Origin: Cirrosporium novae-zelandiae
Lineage: Eukaryota
Direction of reading: 5' to 3'
Assembly (NCBI GenBank): GCA_026023565.1
Contig: JAPETS010000055.1
Coordinates: 1-64,000 of the forward strand
Length of the DNA: 64,000 bases
The notes below the pieces were generated by a model. The model did no database searches. It was not told the DNA's origin and saw only the letters and a list, made by a program, of their open reading frames with translations. Every line of letters begins with the position of its first letter. Positions within the stretch are counted from its first letter, which is position 1. A program made the position numbers and the translations under genes. Positions 37,884 to 48,850 of the stretch are shown piece by piece.

Positions 37884-38349
37884 AAACTATCTCAGCCAAT
37901 TGAGGGCTCCAAGTTGGCAAAGGACACGAGCTTTCAACACTATTGTACCCTTTTATGAGCATAGATCCACAGGCGTCTGGGATTCATTGTCGAGTATGGT
38001 AATACGTTGTCCAGCTGTTGGTTCAACGAAAGCATGGTTTGAAATGGAGAGCGTCATGTATATTATGTTGTGTGAGGGATACCTGTGGCAATCCTCCTGC
38101 GGATGTGCTCCCACTTCTAGATAATCCGGTCATTTAAAGGGTTGATCGGAAACTTTGGATATATTAAATAAAGCATTTTGCAGCCTGCGAACAAATCTAT
38201 AATGTTATAGACTGAGTGCTTTGTCTATTCTTGGGTGTCTTCCATTTTAGTTTGGTGGTCTCCAACCCCAAACAGCTCCCCCACCTTTGAGCGGAATAAA
38301 CGGAGAAGCCTTTCGTACAACCAACCATTCATTCACCAATGTTGTTATA

Positions 38350-40810
38350 ATGGCGACTACAACTATAAAGCTCAAAGCAGGTATTTTGATAGTATCAGAT
38401 ACGGCATTTGAAGATCCTTCAACAGACAAGACTGAAAAAATCCTTCGAGATGTCTTGCAAATTGATGGCCGGGATCAATGGACAGTGGCAGCGGCAAAGA
38501 TCGTCCCTGATGACAAGAACGCAATCCAGCAAACAATCTCTGATTGGACATCTAATGCAGAATCATTGAATCTAATTGTGACCTCGGGAGGAACAGGGTT
38601 TGCTGTTAAGGATAATACGCCTGAGGTTGGTGTTTATCATTGTATTTGAGCTTACACCCTTTGCTGCCGAGTTTTATATATGCACTTGAAGGTGCTAGAT
38701 ATGTAAAGATGATAGAGAAGTCCTGCTAATTCCATCAAGGCAGTCTCGCCGATGATTGATCGTCATGCTCCAGGGCTTGTGTAAGTTGTGTATCTGAACA
38801 AACATTCAATGGATTCTCTCTAATATTTTTCATTACTCTTGACCAGCCATGCAATGCTTTCTGCATCCTTTGCAGTCACTCCATGTGAGCAATCAACTCT
38901 CTGTTCTACGGCACTTGAAATACTTTTATTTATTCTTTGCTCTTCATCCCTGATATTCCTCAGTCGCAATGATGTCCCGTCCCGTCGCCGGCGCCCGCAA
39001 AAGCACGATTATCCTCACCCTTCCAGGCTCGCCCAAGGGCGCAAAAGAGAATCTTCAAGCTGTCTTGAAACTGCTCCCTCACGCATGCATGCAAGTTGCG
39101 GGGGCCGACTCCCGGGTTCTTCATGCTGGTGGGGTTTCGAAGCTTGAGAAGGAAGCTGGCGTTGGCTCCGAGGCTACTGTCGGGAGTGCTGGTCACCACC
39201 ATCATCATGATCACAGCCACGGCCATGGGGGTCATGCAATCCCCAAACCACATACAGCACCTTCCGAGAGGCCAGCTCCCAACGACCCCTCTGCCGGGGC
39301 TGCAAACCGTCATCGCTCCTCTCCATACCCGATGATCTCGGTCGAGGAAGCTCTCGCCACAATATTCTCAGAAACCCCCACTCCGACGATCACAACTCAG
39401 CCAGTCAACCCCTCCCTCGTTGGCTCCATCCTGGCTGAAGATGTAAAATCCAACTGCGCAGTCCCCGCCTATCGTGCCAGCATTGTCGACGGCTATGCCA
39501 TTGTCGCCCCAATTGAGATAGGCACATATCCAGTGGTCTCCATCTCACACGCATCGCCTTCGTCCATCCCTCCATTACAAGCCGGACAAATCGCACGCAT
39601 CACGACAGGGGCACCACTCCCACCAAATGCCAACGCCGTAGTAATGGTCGAGGACACGGTACTCGAAACCCTTACCCCAGACCTAAAAGAAGAATCTACC
39701 GTCCGCATTCTAACAAATGCAGTAAAATCTGGCGAGAATGTCCGCGAGATAGGCAGCGACATTACCGTCGGATCCACTGTTCTTCAGAAAGGTGATGTTA
39801 TCAGTGCTGTTGGTGGGGAATTGGGACTCCTTGCATCAGTGGGCAAGGCTGAAGTTGCCGTGTATCGAAAACCGGTTGTTGGAGTTTTGAGCACCGGCGA
39901 TGAGATTGTAAATCATGACCGGCCAGGTGATCTGAGATATGGTGAGGTAAGAGACTGTAACCGACCAGCGCTTTTGGCTGTCGTTAGGGGATGGGGATTC
40001 GAAGCCGTAGACCTGGGTATCGCAAAAGACGAGTAAGTATCAAATCAAACCAGGTCATCATTCCACTACAGACATCTAACCCATCCATCCTAACCCATCC
40101 TAACCACTCACTCCCCTTCCAAAAGCAAACCCTTCCCAACCCTCCCAACTGACCCCCACCCCTTCTCTCCCAGTCCAACCACTCTCGAAACAACCCTCCG
40201 TCGAATCCTAACCCTCACCACCCCACCCCTAACTCACCTCCTAACAACCGGCGGCGTATCAATGGGCGAACTCGACCTCCTAAAACCAACCCTCTCCTCC
40301 GCTCTCGGCGGCACAATCCACTTTGGCCGCGTGAATCTGAAACCCGGGAAACCAACCACCTTCGCCACCGTCTACGTCAAAGATGGCATTTCCGTTTCCG
40401 AGCATAACAGGACTAAAAAACTCATCTTCTCCCTCCCCGGCAACCCCGCCAGCGCCCTCGTCTGTGCGCAACTCTTCGTATATCCGGCCCTCTCCGCCTT
40501 TTCAGGCATCCCGATTCCAGGAGAAGCGTCGTTACCACGGATAAAAGTTGTTCTTGGGGAAACGGTTCGATGTGATGAGGGGAGGCCGGAGTATGTGCGT
40601 GTGAGGGTCAAGGTTGGGGGGGCTGTGGGGGGGCAGGGGGGTAGAGAAGAAGAAAAGGGCATGCTAATAGCCCAAACGACAGGCGGACAAAGGAGTTCTA
40701 GAATTGGAAGTCTAAGTGGGGCGAATGCTTTGGTGTGTTTGCCACCTGGGGGTGGGATTTTGGAAGCGGGGAATGTGGTTGAGGCTATTTTGATGGGGAG
40801 GATTGGGTAG
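38350..40810 (+). CDS. cnxE: gephyrin-like molybdenum insertase (MogA/G-domain + MoeA/E-domain)
   Basis: SGGTGF..DNTPE, LPGSPKG, His-rich linker, RASIVDGYA, ITTGAPLP, STGDE, TTGGVSMG, KPGKP and LPGNPAS; 4 introns including two very short exons. Confidence 0.95.
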
Positions 40811-41987
40811 GGGTCGGGTTGGCTAGATGGTGATGGGGGGTATGTTGTGTGTTGGATATAAGTTGAAGTGTGTGTTGTGTTGAGTAAAAAAAAAGTACTT
40901 TAGAAAAACCTCAACCTCAACAACAACAACAACAACATGAAATCTATTCTGTTCTATTTCGTTACAGCACATAACCAGATTCCATATATATATACCTATC
41001 CTATATCCTAACCTAACAACTAACAACAACTAGGGGGGGTCCAGGTCTAGGTCTGGGTCTAGATATATCCCTCCCCATCCCCATCCCCCATCCTTTCTTT
41101 TGGCTTAGTTAGCTTTACTAAAATTACCCCCTTTTAACAAAATCATATATATATATATCTATTTGTTTTGTTTTGTTTTTCTATATATAAATACACCATT
41201 TTCTTTCTCTTTCTCTCATCTTATCCTTTCTTCTTTCTCCATTCTTCTTTTCTCGTAAAACACTTGTATCTATATCTATTTACACCTGAATATATACCCT
41301 CCCCCTCCTCACCCACGTCCCCCACCCTTATCCTTTCTATTTGAACTTGACTTGGCTTTAGCTACGGGGTTTAGGAAAAAAGAGAGAGTATTTATAAAGT
41401 CTTGTTTTCATTTTTTTTCTTTTCAAATAAAACCCCCTTTTTTTCCTTTCGGCAATAAACACACACAAACCTTTCACTTCTTACTTAAGTAAATCTCTCC
41501 ACTATCCCCTCGGTTTTTTAAAGTTGGTGTATAATAACCTTTCAATTTTGCAGTATTCCCTATCTCTTTTACTTTACTTACTTATATAGCAAGCAAAATA
41601 TACCCCCCCCCCTCCCTCAAATATTTTTTAGTTTTCAGTTTTTGTGGATTGGAATTTGATTGGATATATAACGAGATAACCTTCTCTCGAAAGAGAGAGA
41701 GAGAGAGAGATTATAGAAAACTGACAGACAGACAGACTGACTGACTTGGCTATGATTGTTCCACAATGTCCTAAATATTTACCCCCCCCCCCCCCCCCAA
41801 ACAAAAAGGGTATTCAGTTTATTCATCCACAACCAAGAGCGAGAGAGAGAGAGAAGCAAAAAAAGCAAGGAAGGAATAGAAAGGAAATTTGGTTCAAGAT
41901 CTAGATACAGATCAAGATCCAATACCTCCTCCCCCCCAAACCTCCGAGGAGTCCTAAGAGGTATTAAGCTTATACTTGCTGTTCTAT

Positions 41988-42384
41988 TGTGAAAGAGTTA
42001 CCTGTTTTTGGCTGCCTAGGGCACCGAATGGGGGGGACTAACCCCTATTCGGAAAACTCTAGGTAAGCGAGAACAAGGGACCACACTCCAGAACCCCGGA
42101 GTTAGTATCCTTTGTTAGTAAGCGCTAGTCCTAGATATGGGGTACAGCTACCTATATAGATAGGTAGCTGTACGCCCTGATAGATTTAGACGAATACAGA
42201 TATTTTTTATTTTGTTAGCTTCTTATACTCCTGTTCGTTTGATCCGTTTGTTTGTTCCAAGAGTTGCGTATTTGTTTATTTATCTAGGTCCTGTATAAAG
42301 ATACGGTTCCTATCGCTGCCTCAGGCTCCTTATATCCTATACCCACAGCCCTATCTAAATGCTCAAACCTACAACTCTTTCACA
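41988..42384 (+). mobile_element. solo-LTR-like element (397 bp) with 12-bp terminal inverted repeats and 4-bp target-site duplication
   Basis: TGTGAAAGAGTT...AACTCTTTCACA perfect TIR; CTAT on both flanks (41984-87, 42385-88); TATATA inside a 14-bp palindrome followed by AATACA. Confidence 0.85.
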
Positions 42385-45282
42385 CTATGCTTAATATCTA
42401 CATTTATACCTGCGCTTGTTACCCATAACTTCATCTCCCATTTCTACATCCATCCAACCCACCAACCCTAAGGGGAAAAAAACAACAACGGCATGAGTAA
42501 GTAGATGAATAAATAAGCAAGTATTCGGTATTTAGTATTTAGGGGTTGAGTTATTATATATATATAATTAGGGGAAGGGGGATCTAGATGTTTTTTGAGG
42601 TTTTGGGGTGTAAGCGTGAGGTTATGGGAGGGAGGGGAGAGGAGTGTGAGGATAAGGATGAGAATATAAGAGGTTCATGGGAAGAGATGGATACATGAAT
42701 AAATGAATGAATAGATAATTGGACGAGCGAGCGAGTGGGTAGGGTAAGGAGGGAGGGTTGTGGTTTGAGTAGTCAATCAATAGGTTAATAGTACTGTGTA
42801 GTCAATGAGGTTTTGCGGATATCAATCATTTTGGTTTGTTGATATATTGGTATATTTGTTGAAAAGCAAGGAGGGGGGTTGCAGTTTGAGTGCTGTTGCT
42901 ATTTGTTGTTGCCTGTGATAGTGATAGTAGCAACCGAGAACGCTGATTCGGCGATAAATTTATGAGATATATAACCGTGGCTATACACACGCACATGCCT
43001 ATTGGTTAATTGAATTAGCCAGTTAGTTGATCAGATTCAAGATTTCCCTGCTTTTCGGCATGTGCTTGCTTGCTTGTCTCATCACTTCCTCTTCCTCCTC
43101 CACACCATAGCCACACAAACCACCCACTCATATCCTGGTCCCTCTCTCCCACAACCCTAATCCCAACAATTTCGCCTTACCTCTCAATATATACTTTCCC
43201 CCATGGCACATGGCCTGGAAAGTTTAATCCAAGACCTTAATTGCCCCCAAACCATCCTTCCTACACGTTCCGTAGCGTGGAGTGTGAACACATGGAACGC
43301 TCGTTAGTTGCCTACCTAACCCTGCACCAGAGCCACACACATCCCTACCCCATCTTACTTTGTCTTACTTCTTTGCATGGTTCTTTGGAAAGGTTATCTT
43401 GAGAGCTTGATTTGAGTTTTAGGGGGTTTTCTTTTTAGCTCTGGGTTTTTGGTCGGGTCGGATCAGGTCGGGTTGGGGTTAGATATATGGTTATTGATTG
43501 TCTTGTAATTTTTTGTTGGATGGGAGTTTGGCAAGGGCCTTCCGTTGGTCCTATGTGTGCGTGTGTACTTGGATATGTGGGTGGTGTGTGCTGCGTGCAC
43601 GGTAGTGTGGACTGATAGTTAGAAAATGAATTGGCGTTGGGGCTTTATTTTAGAGAGTGATGGAATTAGGGAATTATCGATAAGATATATTTTTTGTCTT
43701 GATGTTTGTTCTGATGTTTGCTTGCATTTCTGTGCTTAGGGACATTTACCCTTGTAGGATTAGCTGGGGATGAGATATAAAGTATTGGAGTCACGTTTTT
43801 TTATCGATTTTGGATTGCCGTAATGTAGGGATTTCAACAACATGTGCTGCGCTTGTGAGATGTTGGGGGAGTTGATTCTCTGTAGAGAGTGGGGAGAGGC
43901 ATGTTTGCGAATTCGTGTCGCGTACTGTCGCAACGAAGGAATGGAAAAGTGGTAAAAACCCCATCATGTTAGTGTTTCGCTGACCGGCTTTGCCCAATGC
44001 TGAGTCGTACGTGTACTGTGCCATATGACTTCCGAGACATTCGTAAGGGGAAATAGTTAAACGCTGGTTGTAATAGGAAAAAGCTGATGAAGACTGTGGA
44101 AAAGAAATAATAGGGATGGTACATAGTCAAGAGGAAATTAGGGAAAAATCAGGACAAATAATGCTCGCTTTTTACTAAAGTAGTGTGTTTTGAAGCAGCT
44201 TTGGTGATGGAATGACTACTCGAGTATGTGCAACAACAATAACAACAATAACAACAACACATGTGAGCAAGATTGATGATGGTACTTTTAGGTGATGTAG
44301 ACCAGCGTTAGAAATGTTTCGGTATTACAGCTCATATCAAAGCTCTCAGCTGAGCTAAAACAATTATCAGTACATCTTTTTAATTGCAGGGTTAACGGAG
44401 TTGTTCGCTGTTGCTGCTATTGCTTGCGATAAGAAATAATGGGGTTATCAAGACAGCTCCCCCCCCCCCCCCAGTTTGGCATTAACGGGCCTTTATTATG
44501 AACATCTCTCAGCAGATCAATGATATCCACAAATGCGGAAAAACTCTCGGTTTCTACTCTCCTTAGCGTAGAAAGAAGATGTTGTAATTATTCCAAGCAT
44601 CCTTCAAGAAAAAAAGATAGGCTAGTTTATTATATCCAAGGAACCACTGGCATGTGTCAAAAGCATCAGCAGCAGAGACAGAGGCAGTCGATGTTTCGGG
44701 ACTTTGGGTCTTAAATAGTCCGTCAATAGGACCGGTCGAAAGGGACAGCGGAAAAGGATCGACAACAAGGATGAAGTTGAGATTTAGTTCGGGATTGTGT
44801 CGAGGAGAGATGGTGGGAAAGCGGTTCCAGATTCATGGTTGCGTGACTTGGGTGGATCTGAAGAGAAACGGTTGTGGTGGTGATGGTGGTGATGGTGGTG
44901 GTGGTGGTTGTGGGTTGTGGTTCTGGGTGGGTGTGGATGGTTACTTTGAACACCCCAAGTGGCAGCAAGATACTTTTTGAGAAGTTGGGTAAAGAAGAAG
45001 ACGAGTGGATCACGTTACTCCTAACTGCTACTTTGCTACTTTGCTACTTGATACTGCTACAGTTCTTATCGGTCAGATGAAGTGTTATCCAGTCAAAGTT
45101 GCACGTGTTGAAAGTATCTAGGTCGACACCTCTGATTAAGGTGAGCCTCAGGCTTTAAAGGTGACTCATAATTGATACCTCGGCCGTTAAATCATCGGTG
45201 AAGCTTTTGAAGCTTTAGACGGTCAGAGGGGCCTGATGACTCACAAGCTACAATGGTACTGCTATGTACTTTGCAATGAACA

Positions 45283-45332
45283 ATCATAATAATCATCATA
45301 ATCATCATAATCATAATAATCATAATAATAAT
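45283..45332. repeat. imperfect ATC/ATA microsatellite
   Basis: Read directly. Confidence 0.85.
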
Positions 45333-48300
45333 AAGTCGTCGGCAATTTGTTATGGCTTGTCACTATCCTCGAATACTCCCATCGGCTCGACCGGTAAAGC
45401 CTAGAGAAAAGAGCACATCCGAAATATTCCCTTGGATAGGTTGGGGAATCAAAAAAACACAAAATGAGCAAACAGGCAGAAATGATTTACAGTTTTTTCA
45501 TGGCACAAAGTTCAATTTCTATCAGAATACCCCTCATTTGAAGGTAAATATCCGGAACCAACATCGGGTTCGTTTGTTGATAACCAGCGTGGATTGTGCG
45601 GTAAAGGCGTCATGATGGATAATTAGGTAAAATAAGGTAAGAAGTCAAGGATAAAGTCAGAATTGGGTTAAAATATGGAGAAAGTCGACAACGGTTTTTT
45701 CCCATTCGGTTCGGCCATGGATAGATCTTAATAATTAATGGACCGGTCAGGGTGTTGGTCAGGGTGTTGGTCAATGTGTTCGGAGGACGGTCCGGAGTAA
45801 AGCAAAGCAGGGAGAAGAATGGGGTGAAAAAGAAGGAAAAGAACATGGCAATTGATGGAGAAGGCGGTGAAAGGTGTGTAAAAAATTAAGAAAATGAAGA
45901 ATCATCCTGGTATTCTTCCCTGCTCTTTTCCTGGTAATCCCTGGTAATCCCTGGTATTTTGGTATTTTGGTAATCAAATCATCCACTCTCTCCGCCACCG
46001 TAGCAGCAGCCACTGACAAACGGTGACCAAGTCCAAAAAGATACCCCCCCCCCCCCCCCCGGCAAAACATTGGTAGCAATCCAAGGTATCAACTTATCAA
46101 AGCAGAAATCCATTTACCAAAACAATCCTGTTGTTGTTGACCGTTACATTAATAAGGAAATGGTCGCCCCGGTTATTTCCAATCATGATTCATGACAGAT
46201 TTACAGCCCCACGTCCAGCCCCCAGGCAGTGTTGGTCAGTTGGTCATCATCAGCATCATCATCAATCATCAATCATCAATCATCATTGCCTAAGATCTGA
46301 TTGATTTGTACACAGAAAGATTCACTGAACTTGTGGTGAACTGGTGTTGGTGGACTTGGTGGACTTGGTGGGATTTTTGGTCTGCAAGTAATACAAGGCG
46401 GTCGACTGACCGCTTCACCCTTCACCTCAATATGGTTTGGCGACGGTCAGCCTACCCGCGCCTTCTCCATAATTTCTTCCATGTCTGATAGCTATCAGAG
46501 GGCCATATGGCAGATGGTTTAAGACATGACAGATATTGACATTAATTTGTCCCCATAAACCCTAAATATCCTTGGTGAATAGAATTTCTAGAACAAGTTT
46601 CATTTTTTCCTTTTTACCTTTTTTATCCTGTGCTGCATTCATGTGGGAGAGAAGTGTAATTACATACATGCCTTGGATCATTATGTCTAGCCTAGATTGT
46701 CTGAATAAGGAAACAGAGACGGCCAAGAGCAAGGTCCAAAGCGAAAACGAAGAGCGTGGCATGGCCTGTGTACAAAGTTTGTGTCAAGATATCTTAAGTT
46801 TGAACCCTCTTTAACCCGGTCCAGAAAAACGACGAACGAGGGGGGTTCTAAAATGTTTAACCAGCTTCCAACTTATCTGTAATCATCTACTGTGTATCAC
46901 TGTCCACTGCCCACTGCCCACTGCCCAACAGATCTACATAATCACGGATAAGCACTTGATAACTCGGCAACTACAAGAATAGCCGTCAGATATGGGTGGC
47001 GTGTGCCTCATTTTGATCATTTTACCACTTTCTCCAGATTTCCCCAGGCGTGCCAGGCCCTCCCTCCTCGTCATGGGTTACGGGATACGGGTTACGGGAT
47101 TACGGGATTTACGGGAGATGCCATCATCATCGATGCCATATCTGTGTAATAGGATAATTATGGGATGAAGAAGAATCTGACTGTAATGAGTCTAGCTCCC
47201 AAAAAGTCAAAGACCCTGACATTTCGAAGGTAGCCCTGGCATAAATCAATCCATAGGCTCTAAGCTTTTCTAAATTCTCAAGGCTGAAAGTGAAGGTCAA
47301 GGTAGATGGGCAGGCAAGCAGGCAGGGCAAAGCTGGGGGGCCCAAGCTATCGGAAAATCCGAACCGGTGTATGAAAAAAAGGAAGAAAAAAAAAAAGGCA
47401 AAATACAGAAAAAAGTGATGATGATTGAAATGCAGGGTTACCTTTTTTTTTTCTTTTTTTTTTCTGAGGTATCATCTCCATATTCAATGCACCGAATGAG
47501 TACCCCTTACGTGGTTGGCTTGGGGGGTCCAAAAAAAGAGCAAAAGGAGCAAAAAGAGCAAAAAGAGCAAAAAGTCCCAAAACACACGGGCGTATCCCCC
47601 GTGTCGGTCCGTCCGGCGACTTTAGGCCTAAGAAGTTCTTTTGGATCAAGATTCGCACCAGAAGGAATTCAGGGCCTCCTTCGGTGCCTATGGTTGCTCC
47701 ATCGCTGAATCTTCGGGGCTATCTAAAAAAGCCTTCTCAATCAATTCAAGCAACTCAAGCAACGCTACAAAGATACCTTGGTAAAAAACGTAATCCTCCA
47801 GCACCCCCCCCTCCCCCATCATCCCAAATAGCAAATAATCAACGTGGGATTGCGAAAGGAAAAAAAAACCTGTGCCCCATTATAGCCAGATTGCCCCGAG
47901 AGAATGTACCCCCCCTCCCCCCTCCCCCCTCCCTCCCTTCCTTTCTTTCCCCCTAGAAGCTTCATTCAAGGTTGGGCACACATCAAACCTTAGAAAGAGC
48001 GGTCTTGGAACTATCTGACCTCCCTTTCCGCTAGATTACAAGATTTTCGTCTTTCGGCCCCCCCATCATTGCTCCCTTCCCGAGCCGGTGATGCGGTGGT
48101 GCGTGTTTGATGTGGGATGAAAAATGGCTGATGGGTGGGGAGCGTGTTTGTGACTCGCGCGCTGTCACTTATTTGTCGCTCTTACAGAATAATATATAGT
48201 TACCCATCCCCTTTAACCAGTCCCAACCTTCTCCCCACAAGCTTTTCCACACCGAAATTATCATCTCCTATTATTCATTTATATAACTTGAGCATGCCTT

Positions 48301-48433
48301 CTTGCTCAATACTCCAACATACTCCACCTGAAATACTACGCGTCTGGAAGACATAACCAACTTGACCTGACCAGCTTTACTACCATACAATAAATCAACA
48401 ACAACCACCACCACCACCACACAACAATTCAAG

Positions 48434-48850
48434 ATGTTTTTTAGCATCTCACCACCATCTCCTCTCTCCACTCCCCCTCGCGCTCCTCCAAATACACCAA
48501 ATGACACCCTTCTTGATATTGAACCTCGCCACTCTTCTCTCTCCATGGCCAGTCTCTCATGTGCCTTCCCCTCCTGGCCCAACCGATCTTCGCTGTTCGA
48601 GTCTACCAACGACATCGCCAGTGCCTACATTTCAGATGAAGATCTATTTCTAGAAATTGTCCCCGAGGAGAAAGTCATCGATGACGTGCAACTCCAAGCA
48701 CCATACCACAGGGTCTACGAAGAGCAGGTTCAGGTGATCTCTATGGCACAATTCCCTCTCCGGGCTGAAAAGCCGACCAAGAGGAGAAGGAGAAGGAGCT
48801 CAAAGAAGTCCATCAAGTCGGAGAAACCAATGTCGCCAATCCCAGAGTGA
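48434..48850 (+). CDS. small fungal protein of unknown function (138 aa)
   Basis: Good start context (caagATG); SCAFPSWPNRSSL and SAYISDEDL motifs recalled from conserved Pezizomycotina hypotheticals; basic NLS-like tail. Confidence 0.75.
   Translation: MFFSISPPSPLSTPPRAPPNTPNDTLLDIEPRHSSLSMASLSCAFPSWPNRSSLFESTNDIASAYISDEDLFLEIVPEEKVIDDVQLQAPYHRVYEEQVQVISMAQFPLRAEKPTKRRRRRSSKKSIKSEKPMSPIPE

Noticed and set aside
39190..39236. His-rich linker in cnxE
   Set aside because: A known feature of fungal gephyrin-like linkers
45745..45780. Short direct repeats (GGTCAGGGTGTT) as a CRISPR-like array
   Set aside because: No spacers; an ordinary minisatellite in a eukaryote
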